A stretch of 64,000 nt of DNA from Oligoflexia bacterium (lineage in GTDB: Bacteria; Bdellovibrionota; UBA1018): assembly GCA_014376785.1 (NCBI GenBank), contig JACMQW010000064.1, positions 14,966 to 78,965 on the forward strand. Reading direction: 5' to 3'. A program made the position numbers and the translations under genes. The notes under the pieces are model-generated. The model did not search any database. It had not been told where the DNA came from and was given only the letters and a program-made list of their open reading frames with translations. Positions 30,927 through 42,325 of this stretch are shown in pieces; positions within the stretch are counted from its first letter, which is position 1, and each line of letters opens with the position of its first letter.

Positions 30927-32342
30927 TCACTTCAGGATCTTCACAAGATCCCTCACCCGAGAGACCGTTAAAATTTTAATGCCTGATTCACTGAAAATTT
31001 TCTTCGGTGAATTCTCAGGAACGACCACCGTAGAAAATCCAAGTTTCCTCGCTTCGGAAATGCGAACATCCATGAGAGGCGCACGGCGAACTTCGCCGGT
31101 TAAAGCGAGCTCACCGAGGAACATCCAATCACCTGGAATCGAAATTTCTTCGACGCTTGACCAAATCGCTGCTGCTGCAGCGAGGTCGATGGCCGGCTCC
31201 GAGAGCCGCAAGCCTCCTGAAACATTAAAAAATAGATCTTTCTGGATCAGTGGAAGTCCCATATGCCGTTCCAGAATAGCGGCAAGGATGGATAGCCTTG
31301 ATTGCTCCATGCCCACTGCCGTTCGGCGGGGCATCGCCAAACCACTCGGAACGACCAAGGACTGAAGTTCCACAAGCAGCGGTCGCGACCCTTCGAGGGA
31401 CGCGGTGATCGCCACACCGGAAACAGATTCGCTGCGCTCGGACAGAAATAAACTCGAAGGGTTTCTGACTTCCTTCAGTCCATCGGACTCCATTTCAAAA
31501 ACACCCAACTCATTCGTACTGCCAAACCGGTTCTTAACGGTACGCAAGAGGCGATAACTCTGAGAACCTTCACCCTCGAAATATAAAACGGTGTCGACCA
31601 TGTGCTCGATGGTTTTCGGCCCAGCAATCGAACCTTCTTTCGTCACATGGCCGACTAACCAAACGGCTACCCCACCTGTTTTCGCCAGCATCATGAGCCG
31701 AGAGGTGATCTCCCGCACCTGCGAAACACTTCCAGGAGCACTCTGGGAATAGTTCGAACTGAAGGTTTGGAGAGAGTCCATAAAGAGGACATCGGGTTTC
31801 AACTCATGAACAGTCGCAAAAACCCGCTCAAGTTGGGTCTCTGCCGCCAAGAAAATGCGCCCTTTTCCTTCGACTTTCATCCGGCGAGCGCGGGCTGCGA
31901 TTTGATCGAGGGATTCCTCACCAGAAACGTAGAGGATCTTTAATTCGGGCTGTTGATCGAGAAGGCCCTTAGCAAGCTGCAAAAGCAGTGTGGATTTTCC
32001 GATTCCCGGATCTCCGCCGAGCAGAGTGAAAGCGTCCGGAACTAACCCGCCCCCCAGCGTTCGATCCAGTTCGATCATTCCCGTGAAAAGCCTGCGCTTC
32101 GCCGTGGCCGAATCCACCGAATCGAGCGAAACATAATCCTGCGACTTTTTACCGAGGTCTTTGTACGCCTTAAAATCTTCTCTGACCGAAGAGAGTGATC
32201 CTGCTACAGAAACGTTTGCGTCGGGTTTTTCCTCAAGCATCGAGTTCCATGCTTCACAAGTCGGGCACCTTCCCAGCCATTTCGCAGCCGTATAGCCACA
32301 TTCCTGACACACGTACTGGGTCTTTGGATTTTTCGCCTTCAT
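30927..32342 (-). CDS. radA: DNA repair protein RadA/Sms
   Basis: CxxC...CxxC finger, GDPGIGKS, KNRFG, Lon-like C-terminus. Confidence 0.96.
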   Translation of the reverse strand: MKAKNPKTQYVCQECGYTAAKWLGRCPTCEAWNSMLEEKPDANVSVAGSLSSVREDFKAYKDLGKKSQDYVSLDSVDSATAKRRLFTGMIELDRTLGGGLVPDAFTLLGGDPGIGKSTLLLQLAKGLLDQQPELKILYVSGEESLDQIAARARRMKVEGKGRIFLAAETQLERVFATVHELKPDVLFMDSLQTFSSNYSQSAPGSVSQVREITSRLMMLAKTGGVAVWLVGHVTKEGSIAGPKTIEHMVDTVLYFEGEGSQSYRLLRTVKNRFGSTNELGVFEMESDGLKEVRNPSSLFLSERSESVSGVAITASLEGSRPLLVELQSLVVPSGLAMPRRTAVGMEQSRLSILAAILERHMGLPLIQKDLFFNVSGGLRLSEPAIDLAAAAAIWSSVEEISIPGDWMFLGELALTGEVRRAPLMDVRISEARKLGFSTVVVPENSPKKIFSESGIKILTVSRVRDLVKILK

Positions 32343-32384
32343 ACCTCCTACTTATCATAGGAAAGAACATGATAAACTTTTCTC

Positions 32385-32801
32385 ATGGCAAAAGACGCTT
32401 GGTCACGATTCCGCGAAAAAGAAGCTCAAAGAGACGAAGAGCAGAAAAAAGATCTGCACGAACAAATGAAGCGCATCGATCCCGACTCCCAAATTTCTGA
32501 CTCGACCACTACCGATAAAATTTTAATCGAGCTCCTCACAAAATGCGAAATGATGATGGAGCAGATCACTAACCTCTACGCGATGTGGATCCAAGGAATC
32601 GAAAGGACTCCTCCGATCACGATGCGAAAGCATTTGGAAGACCTCATCCTGAAAATCCAGACGGCTCCAAAACCAACGACTAATCTTAAATTTCGGGTTA
32701 CCCAGTTTCAGACGAAATACGCGACCTATAAAGACAAATGGGAACGACTCATCCGCGATGTCGAAGCAGGGAAAATCTTCGTGAAGCGCCGAGGGTCATG
32801 A
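32385..32801 (+). CDS. Helical hypothetical protein resembling the MXAN_5187-type domain
   Basis: LY.MW..GIERTPP...LKFR...Y..Y...WER...D.EAG pattern recalled from myxobacterial proteins; not verified by search. Confidence 0.6.
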   Translation: MAKDAWSRFREKEAQRDEEQKKDLHEQMKRIDPDSQISDSTTTDKILIELLTKCEMMMEQITNLYAMWIQGIERTPPITMRKHLEDLILKIQTAPKPTTNLKFRVTQFQTKYATYKDKWERLIRDVEAGKIFVKRRGS

Positions 32802-32806
32802 AAACG

Positions 32807-34849
<2,043 letters not shown>

Positions 34850-36433
34850 CTAGAAATAAAAGAGAAGCGAGGGTGCGAGCGCGAAAGTCTTATTCGATAC
34901 CGATTTACCACTCACGAAATCCAATGAGGCCGATTTGAAATCGAGGCCCAGTTGTAATTTCATTTTTGGTTTAAGCCAAAGGTATCCTCCGGCAAAAACA
35001 TTCACTGAGTTCGCGCTTGAAGAAGTTCCGAACGCTCCCGAATCATCCGTGCCGCTCCCGAATAATCCAAAATCCACATCGAGAAGCATTCCCGCGTCGT
35101 CTCGGATGGGCAGATCTCCGCCCACTCCGATGTAGATTCCCGAATGAGAAAGACTACCCGTTTGGGCGGTCGCATTTTGGGGAAGACCGTAAGTGGTGGA
35201 TTGGTATCCGACCTTAATCCATCCTTTCGGTCCGAAAAAATTGGGGGTGACATGATAGAAAGTTCCTAAGGCGAGTCGCACTTGCGACAGAGAAGCATTC
35301 ACGCCATCGAGACTCTTCACATGCGTCAGACTATCTTCTTGGGAATAGGCTGCAGATCCGTAAGCAAATTTAAGCTCCCCGAAAAGATTGCTGTTGAACC
35401 AGGCTTGGCCTTCGGCTTTCATCCCGTAAAGGAAACCGCTCCCGGAATCTTTTCCGGTATCTCGACTCGTACTTCCCAATAGAATACCGGGTGCGATCCA
35501 TCCGATCCGAGGGGGTTCTTTCGATTTTTTCTCAAGTTCCTCTCGGTCGAGAGTTCTTGTTTCGACCGCAGTATTTTCCGGTGATGGAATGATTTGGATG
35601 ATTTTTTGAAACCTTTGAATCTGACGGCCGTATTCTTCGCCTTCGATCTTGGCGAAAGCCATTCCTTCGTCTACTTCATCCACCGTCGCCTTACCCGTGG
35701 AAGTAAGCCGCCAATCGACGATCGTTTTCAAGAGGGGATGATATTTTACCTCGTCGAGAGTCCCGATAATGAGCGTGTCACCTTTACCGATTCCAGAACT
35801 CGATCCCAAATTCACGGTCACCGAGGTTTGATCTCGCCCCGTAACAGATCCTTTGAAGGGGATCTTTCCGATCAAGCGATCCAGAGCAGAAGTGAGAGCC
35901 TGTCGAAACTCCTCCGTCCCGAACTTTCCTTCCCCTCGGAAGGGTTGCTCAATTTCCACCGATTCGGTTCCAATCAGCTGCATTTTCGCGGCATGAACCC
36001 AATCAATCGTCATTCGGTATCGCGATCCCTCTTTGTAAACCTTAGTCCGCAAGAAAGTGTCGACGCGCGAATTTTTCGCAATTGCTTTCAAGATCTCCGG
36101 GTCTTCGATCATTTTCGCATACGAAAGTTTCGAGCCCTGAAGGAGTTGGTTTGCTTTGCCAAGATCTTGGACTGTGAATCGCGAACGTCCTGCAAGGTGA
36201 TCCTGAAAAGTTTTGGTGACTAAATCACCAAAAAGGCCATCCACATTATCCCACGCGCGGAGAATTCCAATTGAGCTCAAACTGTAATTTCGGTCAAGTT
36301 CGGGACTTGCAATCCCGGAGGATGGAATGAAGCAACAGGTCGCCCATGCAACGCAGAACCCTATGAAGAGAGCTGAACCTTTAGAGGATCGGAGAATTTT
36401 GCGGGGACAAATTTTCAAAAAGTCTTTCTTCAT
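34850..36433 (-). CDS. Exported multidomain protein with C-terminal outer-membrane beta-barrel
   Basis: Signal peptide, alpha/beta N-domain, VTVNLGSSSGI.KGD.L middle domain, amphipathic beta strands ending LLFYF. Confidence 0.75.
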   Translation of the reverse strand: MKKDFLKICPRKILRSSKGSALFIGFCVAWATCCFIPSSGIASPELDRNYSLSSIGILRAWDNVDGLFGDLVTKTFQDHLAGRSRFTVQDLGKANQLLQGSKLSYAKMIEDPEILKAIAKNSRVDTFLRTKVYKEGSRYRMTIDWVHAAKMQLIGTESVEIEQPFRGEGKFGTEEFRQALTSALDRLIGKIPFKGSVTGRDQTSVTVNLGSSSGIGKGDTLIIGTLDEVKYHPLLKTIVDWRLTSTGKATVDEVDEGMAFAKIEGEEYGRQIQRFQKIIQIIPSPENTAVETRTLDREELEKKSKEPPRIGWIAPGILLGSTSRDTGKDSGSGFLYGMKAEGQAWFNSNLFGELKFAYGSAAYSQEDSLTHVKSLDGVNASLSQVRLALGTFYHVTPNFFGPKGWIKVGYQSTTYGLPQNATAQTGSLSHSGIYIGVGGDLPIRDDAGMLLDVDFGLFGSGTDDSGAFGTSSSANSVNVFAGGYLWLKPKMKLQLGLDFKSASLDFVSGKSVSNKTFALAPSLLFYF

Positions 36434-36743
36434 AGATCGCCACCAGCATTTTCAGTTCGGAAATTTCTTCCTGAGCTTTTCTTAAGTCGCCTTCGAGTTT
36501 TTCTAGCTCCGTCGATTGAATCCCCAATGGCTCCGAGCTATCTCGGTCAAAATCGATGAGCTGCTGAGAGAAGGAGGTTTCTGCGGGATCCTTACAAAGA
36601 ATGAGGTATTTGCCGCTTTCTGACTTGTACTGCACTTTGCCGGATTTGATGTAACGGCGAAGCGTCGAAAGACTGACGCCCGTTTTCATGGCGTATTCCA
36701 TCAGAGGCATCCAGTTTTCTTGATCCAAAGGGCTAGCAGACAT
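36381..36743 (-). CDS. Small HTH (MerR/excisionase-like) protein with C-terminal coiled coil
   Basis: WMPLMEYAMKTGVSLSTLRRYIKSGK; LRKAQEEISELKMLV. Confidence 0.75.
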   Translation of the reverse strand: MSASPLDQENWMPLMEYAMKTGVSLSTLRRYIKSGKVQYKSESGKYLILCKDPAETSFSQQLIDFDRDSSEPLGIQSTELEKLEGDLRKAQEEISELKMLVAIYEERLFENLSPQNSPIL

Positions 36744-36798
36744 GGAATCATTCTATTTCTCCGACCAGAAACTTCAACTGTTCTGATAAAATAGACTC

Positions 36799-38073
36799 AT
36801 GGACGAACGGATTAAGATCGGACCGAAGAAAAAGATCGCCTTTACCTGCAGTGGCGGAGCTACCAAAGCGGGCGCATTTCATTTGGGCGTTGCGTTAGCC
36901 CTGCAAGAAAAGGGATTTCGCTTTTCCGGCGGCCTGCAAACTCCGGGCGTCTTGCCGAGGCCCACCGATCCCATGGAAATCTCTACCTTTGTTGGATCGA
37001 GCGCAGGGAGCGTGATTAGCGCGTACCTGGCAGCGGGATACTCACTGGAAAACATCTTCAACAGTTTTATTGGCCGAAAGCCGACCGACCCACGCGACGC
37101 GATTCCGAAAGTGCTACCGAAGCTCACTTATCCCACGATGATGAAACTCAGGCCCGGATTGGCCAGGGAACAACTGTCGCAAATCGCACTTTTCAAATCC
37201 ATCACCCGAGCATTCATGACCGGAGACTTCCAGTCACTCATCCAACTACGATGGATCAAAGCGACCGGCATCTTCACAACCGCTGGGGTTGAACAATTTC
37301 TCCGCGAGGAAGTTCTGCCGTCAAACCGCTTCCAGGACTACGTAGCCGACCTTTTTATCGTTGCGACTCAGTTAAATCACTCTCGTAAAGTCGTATTCGG
37401 AAAGTACACCTATTCTCCGCCGTCGCACGACCTCACATGCCAATACAGCAATGACGTTGGGATTTCCCAGGCATGCGCCGCATCGAGTGCGATGCCTTTC
37501 GTTTATTCGCCCTACCTCATCAAAAACTCCTCGGGAGAATCGATTCATTACGTGGACGGTGAAATCCGAGACACCCTTTCGACTCATGTCGCGATCGATG
37601 CGGGTTGTGATTTGATCTTCGCGTCTTACACGCACCAACCTTATCACTGGCAAAAAGAGATTGGGTCCCTCACCGATCATGGCCTGCCCGCAATCCTGAT
37701 CCAATCGATTTACCTCGTCATCGAACAGAAAGTGAACCAGTACATCCACGAGAAGAAAACTCAACGTTCTGCGATTCTCGCCGTCGAGAAGTACTGCCAG
37801 CAAGTCGGCGTTCCGCCGGAACAGCTTCGCCGAATCCTTGGAATTTTAGAGGCAGAGCTCCATCACCGTAGGGACGTCGATACGATTTACATCCACCCGA
37901 GCCCGGACGATCACAAAATGTTTTTCGGAGAGCATTTTTCGCTCTCCCCAAAAAAACTTTCCGACCTGGTTCGTTCGGGATTTCGCGCTGCTATTGAAAC
38001 ATTAAATCGATACGACTTCGCAGACCGCACGCTGCAGCCTCAGGTCGTTAAAACCAGACCATCCGCAAGTTGA
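36799..38073 (+). CDS. Patatin-like phospholipase
   Basis: SGGATKA, GSSAG nucleophile, YVDG catalytic Asp. Confidence 0.9.
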   Translation: MDERIKIGPKKKIAFTCSGGATKAGAFHLGVALALQEKGFRFSGGLQTPGVLPRPTDPMEISTFVGSSAGSVISAYLAAGYSLENIFNSFIGRKPTDPRDAIPKVLPKLTYPTMMKLRPGLAREQLSQIALFKSITRAFMTGDFQSLIQLRWIKATGIFTTAGVEQFLREEVLPSNRFQDYVADLFIVATQLNHSRKVVFGKYTYSPPSHDLTCQYSNDVGISQACAASSAMPFVYSPYLIKNSSGESIHYVDGEIRDTLSTHVAIDAGCDLIFASYTHQPYHWQKEIGSLTDHGLPAILIQSIYLVIEQKVNQYIHEKKTQRSAILAVEKYCQQVGVPPEQLRRILGILEAELHHRRDVDTIYIHPSPDDHKMFFGEHFSLSPKKLSDLVRSGFRAAIETLNRYDFADRTLQPQVVKTRPSAS

Positions 38074-38291
38074 CTCGCGATGCGGAACTCTCGGTACTGA
38101 AACCCAGAAGTGTTGAAAAGGGCTTGAAAATTTCTACCCGATTTTTCGAGGTATTTTACCATCTGCTCAAGATCCGAAATTGAAGGAGGATTCTCCACGA
38201 TATCGACCTTCTCGAAAGTTGCGCCCTTGGATACCAGAAATTTCAGGGCTTTTTTACAGATGTCGCAATTAGGATAGGAGAAAACTTTCAT
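38040..38291 (-). pseudogene. Truncated ArsC/Spx/YffB-family protein
   Basis: YPNCDICKKA and LFNTSG..YR present; only 83 aa, with no KRP motif or C-terminal GF segment. Confidence 0.6.
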
Positions 38292-39946
38292 CGGGCGATC
38301 CGCACGACTTCGTATTCGCGAGAAATGAGGGAATCAAATTCAGGAATGGCAGCCTTTCCCTGAAGCAAAACTTCTTTAAAAGGAATTTTTTGGCGTCGCT
38401 TGAACCTTTTCCAAGGTTTCCATTCCAGGCGCTTTCCTTCCGCTTCGATTGAATCATTCAGAGTGTGCCGAAACCGCTCCGCTTGATCGTCGGATAGGAT
38501 CACCGTGCCGCCTTCATGCAATTGATCCATCATCTCATCGAAATCGAAAAGCCTGCGCATCGGGCTCGAAAGCGAAACGGAGAGCAGTCCGATCTCATGC
38601 CAAACATCACGATTTTCATCGAGCATGGCAACTTGGTAATCCTTCACCGGGCCGATGGCCTCCAACATTCCGTGACGATCACTTCTCGCAATCTCGATGG
38701 AGCCCATTCGACAAAATAAAACCGCAAAGAGTGCCGTGATGGTGAAGAGCCGCATCCAGCCAAACCAAAGAACCACCGCGGAGGCGACCCCGGTAAAGAG
38801 AATCGCAAGCATGAGATCAGCCGGTATGAATTCAAACCGGTAAAGAGCGAAGCCAAAAATCGCCAGCCCCAATGCCAAAATGATTCCGGTGGCGCGGGAG
38901 AGAAAGCGGAAAGTTCGCGTTCGGTTTGCACGGAAACATCCCCAGTCCACCAGCACTGCGAGGGCCGGCACTAAAATGAAAAGGTAGAGCGACGTTCGGT
39001 AGGGAAAGAGCGAAAAGAAGAGAGCCGGCGGCAAAGACCACGCGATGACAAATCTCAGGACTCCAGCTGTACGACGGCCCATCCACGCGCTCCGAATGGC
39101 GGTGAAAAGCAAAAGCGTGAAAGGGAATGCCATGTACAATAATGGCACCCAGAGATCGAGAAGCGTGCCCCCGTTCGATCCTTTTTGCAGTTGTTCGTGG
39201 AGAAAGAACTGCGTCCAAAACTGCTCACCATCGCGAATAAAAAGAGCGAGGTACCAAAGCAGACCCGTGACGATGCCGGCAAGGAGTGAATAGTAGAGGT
39301 GCTTTGATTTGAAGAGCAGCCATTCACCTGAAATGAGCAGATAGATCACGTAGCCGCTGACCCAAAACACAGAGTAAAGCGGACTTTTCACCAATGCAGA
39401 AACACCGGCCAGGATAAAAGCTAAATAGAGCCAGAAAACTTTTCGGTCTTCTCCCGCTCGTTGGTTAGGACGATCCTCTAAAAACCGGAGCCCCGCCCAC
39501 CAAGAAGCTGCATAGAAAAGGCAGACGTAGATGTCCATTTGCGCGGAAAGGGCGTAAGTCATCGCCCCCGCAGTGGCGGCAAACCAGAGGCCCGAATTTA
39601 CATACCACTTCCGCTCGCCGAGAAGAGAGGCGATCTCGTTTAACAGCCATGCAATCAGAACCAGTGCAATGACCCCCGGCAAAAACGTGGCGAAAACGTG
39701 AAAGCCGAGCAGCTTCCAGCTCAGGAGCGTCATCCAATATTGAAACGGTGGTTTTAAATAATTCGGATCACCGAAGAGGTAGGGCTGGAGCCACTCTCCC
39801 CGCTCTCGCATTTCCATCGCGATCGAAATGTATGTTTTCTGATCTCCCGTGAACGGGATCACCATCTCCCAAAGAAAGGGCAGATAAGCAGCGAGAATCC
39901 AAACTAAGTGGCCCGGGTGGCGCCAGAGCGTGCTCTTTCCGATCAT
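38288..39946 (-). CDS. ArnT/PMT-like (GT-C) membrane glycosyltransferase
   Basis: D...Y..IA.EM...G.W..P....P...KPP..YW loop, many TM helices, LVKSP. Confidence 0.85.
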   Translation of the reverse strand: MIGKSTLWRHPGHLVWILAAYLPFLWEMVIPFTGDQKTYISIAMEMRERGEWLQPYLFGDPNYLKPPFQYWMTLLSWKLLGFHVFATFLPGVIALVLIAWLLNEIASLLGERKWYVNSGLWFAATAGAMTYALSAQMDIYVCLFYAASWWAGLRFLEDRPNQRAGEDRKVFWLYLAFILAGVSALVKSPLYSVFWVSGYVIYLLISGEWLLFKSKHLYYSLLAGIVTGLLWYLALFIRDGEQFWTQFFLHEQLQKGSNGGTLLDLWVPLLYMAFPFTLLLFTAIRSAWMGRRTAGVLRFVIAWSLPPALFFSLFPYRTSLYLFILVPALAVLVDWGCFRANRTRTFRFLSRATGIILALGLAIFGFALYRFEFIPADLMLAILFTGVASAVVLWFGWMRLFTITALFAVLFCRMGSIEIARSDRHGMLEAIGPVKDYQVAMLDENRDVWHEIGLLSVSLSSPMRRLFDFDEMMDQLHEGGTVILSDDQAERFRHTLNDSIEAEGKRLEWKPWKRFKRRQKIPFKEVLLQGKAAIPEFDSLISREYEVVRIAR

Positions 39947-40058
39947 GTGGAATCTAATTTACTCCTTCCCTGCGCTTTCCGATATCCGTTAAAATGTGAG
40001 AAAATGATTCTTCAGCCGAAGACTGACTTAATGACCCCACGGAAGGAAGATTTTCCCG

Positions 40059-41342
40059 ATGAGCACCACCGATAGAATTGTTGTAGTAAGCGGAGCCCGC
40101 ACTCCCTTTGTACGAGCACGCACCGTATTTTCGAAAATGAGCGCTTCTGCGCTGGGTGGAATCACGCTTCGGGAAACCGTAGCGCGCTCGGGAATTGATC
40201 CAAAATTAATCGACGAAGTTTACATGGGAATTGTGAGTGCGCCAGCCGAAGGATCAAACATTGCGCGCGAGTCCCTTTTCGATTCGGGACTGCCCCCAAC
40301 CATTCCTTGCACCACGATTAATCGCTACTGCGCTTCTTCGGCTGAGTCCGTCGCGGGAATCGTCGCGAAAATTGAGGCCGGTCAAATCGAGATCGGGATT
40401 GCCGGCGGAGTGGAATCGATCAGTTCGATTCGTGCGCTTTTCTCTCAGCAAGCCACCGATTTCTTCTCAGACATCGCGAAAATGAAAACGACCTCCCAAA
40501 AGCTAAATCACGTGATGAAGTTTAAGCCTGCGTTTCTCGCGCCGAATGCGCCTGGAATTACCGAAGCGACCACTGGCCTCTCCATGGGACAAAGCGCAGA
40601 CCTGATGGCTCGGCAATTCGGAGTGGGAAGACAAGAACAGGATGAATACGCCGTTCTTTCTCACCAAAAAGCCGCAAAGGGATGGGAAGACGGTTTTTTC
40701 AAATCTCATGTGATCGGAGTTCCAACGAAAGACGGTACCCTTATCGACCGAGACACCGACATTCGTTCCGACACTTCGGTCGAGAAGCTCTCGAAACTTC
40801 GTCCGGTCTTCTACAAAGACGGAACGATCACCGCGGGAAATGCTTCCCCCCTCACTGACGGTGCCTCGGCGGTAATGCTGATGAAAGAATCGAAAGCAAA
40901 AGAGCTCGGACTGACCCCGATTGCGGCCATTCGCTCAGTCGCCGCTGCCGCGGTCGATATTCTGAAAGAACCGCTGTTGATCGGCCCCGTTTACGCGATT
41001 CCTAGGGCCCTGAAAGCAGCCGGTCTCGGTTGGAACGACATCGGACTTTTCGAAATTCACGAAGCATTCGCCGGCCAAGTTCTATCGACTTTTCGCGCAA
41101 TCGAAAGCGACTCATTTGCGAAAGAAAAACTCGGACTTTCTTCGAAAATCGGCACGATCGATCCTTCGAAAACGAACCCGCATGGTGGGTCAATTCCGCT
41201 CGGACATCCTTTCGGCGCAACCGGGACGCGAATGGTTCTCCAAACAGCCTATGGCTTGAAAGCGCGTAATGCCCAATTTGGTCTTATTTCTATCTGCGCA
41301 GCGAGTGGACTGGGAGCAGTCCTCGTGATCGAAGCGATTTAA
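40059..41342 (+). CDS. Acetyl-CoA C-acyltransferase (thiolase, FadI-like)
   Basis: NRYCASS, HEAF, GHPFGATG, CAASGLG. Confidence 0.92.
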   Translation: MSTTDRIVVVSGARTPFVRARTVFSKMSASALGGITLRETVARSGIDPKLIDEVYMGIVSAPAEGSNIARESLFDSGLPPTIPCTTINRYCASSAESVAGIVAKIEAGQIEIGIAGGVESISSIRALFSQQATDFFSDIAKMKTTSQKLNHVMKFKPAFLAPNAPGITEATTGLSMGQSADLMARQFGVGRQEQDEYAVLSHQKAAKGWEDGFFKSHVIGVPTKDGTLIDRDTDIRSDTSVEKLSKLRPVFYKDGTITAGNASPLTDGASAVMLMKESKAKELGLTPIAAIRSVAAAAVDILKEPLLIGPVYAIPRALKAAGLGWNDIGLFEIHEAFAGQVLSTFRAIESDSFAKEKLGLSSKIGTIDPSKTNPHGGSIPLGHPFGATGTRMVLQTAYGLKARNAQFGLISICAASGLGAVLVIEAI

Positions 41343-41360
41343 GGTTTCCTCAGTCATCCT

Positions 41361-41404
41361 CAGAAGGCGGCGCCCCGAAAACGGGGAGGCCGCCTTCTGT
41401 TTTT
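41361..41404 (+). terminator. Intrinsic terminator
   Basis: CAGAAGGCGGC...GCCGCCTTCTG followed by a T-tract. Confidence 0.8.
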
Positions 41405-41513
41405 ACAGAGTTTTTTTTACCGCAGAAACGCTGGAAAGGAGCCCCCTGAAAAGACCTTTCTTTATTAACGCTATGCATTTAAATAAGGCTCCAACCCTTT
41501 TAGAGGACACTTT

Positions 41514-41915
41514 ATGAACCGCATGAAAACAATCCTGATTTCTTCACTTCTGCTTTCCTCGACCGCTTTTGCCGACTCGACGATCACCTGCTCTCTCGAG
41601 CGCCCGAGCGGCTATGGTGAACCCGATTCTGCTTCGGTAGCGCTCTCAGCGGTGGATACTCACGGAGAGGCCACCTCTTCTAGCTCAGGAATCGACATTG
41701 GGAAGTTAAACTACTCCTTCGACCTGACTGTGAGTCACGAATCAGGAAAGTACCCTGTTCAAATCATCATCTATGAGAATAACGAAGCGATGGACGAAGT
41801 GGGATCACTCGGCTGCGAATACAAACTTGAGCATCCCGGCGTTTCATTCTGTGAGCAGCCGGTGGAAGATGAAAACGGGAAAGAGATTTTGAAATTCTCC
41901 TGCGTCTCGAAATAA
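41514..41915 (+). CDS. Secreted acidic hypothetical protein (4 Cys)
   Basis: Signal peptide ending AFA; GAGGA RBS. Confidence 0.75.
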   Translation: MNRMKTILISSLLLSSTAFADSTITCSLERPSGYGEPDSASVALSAVDTHGEATSSSSGIDIGKLNYSFDLTVSHESGKYPVQIIIYENNEAMDEVGSLGCEYKLEHPGVSFCEQPVEDENGKEILKFSCVSK

Positions 41916-42325
41916 AAATCGCGCATAACCGACTCTCGCGGCGAACCCGTGACTGCTGAACGGATTCGCCGCACCTTGCTGCCCACTCCAAGCTTATTCG
42001 ACGGATGCCTGAAATTGCTCAATCCCTCGCCTGAGAAGCTTTTACTTCACCTTCACCCAATCAAAGAAATTGGCTCAGTCTCTGCACTTAGAGACGTGAA
42101 TGCCCGGTCTCCTCGAGACGGCCCGTCAGGTCGCCTCTATTAGGCAAGGTGTTGAAACAGGTATGTCATTGGAATAATTGGATTTTTCCATTAAGACTTA
42201 ACGCGTTAATTTTCGCATTGACCCAACCCGGTAAAAAATATACTGTCCTGTTGGCCCTGAGGTAAAAATGACATACCTAAGGGTACACTTTACCGATACC
42301 AAACTCAGTCAGAGGTTTCTTCACC

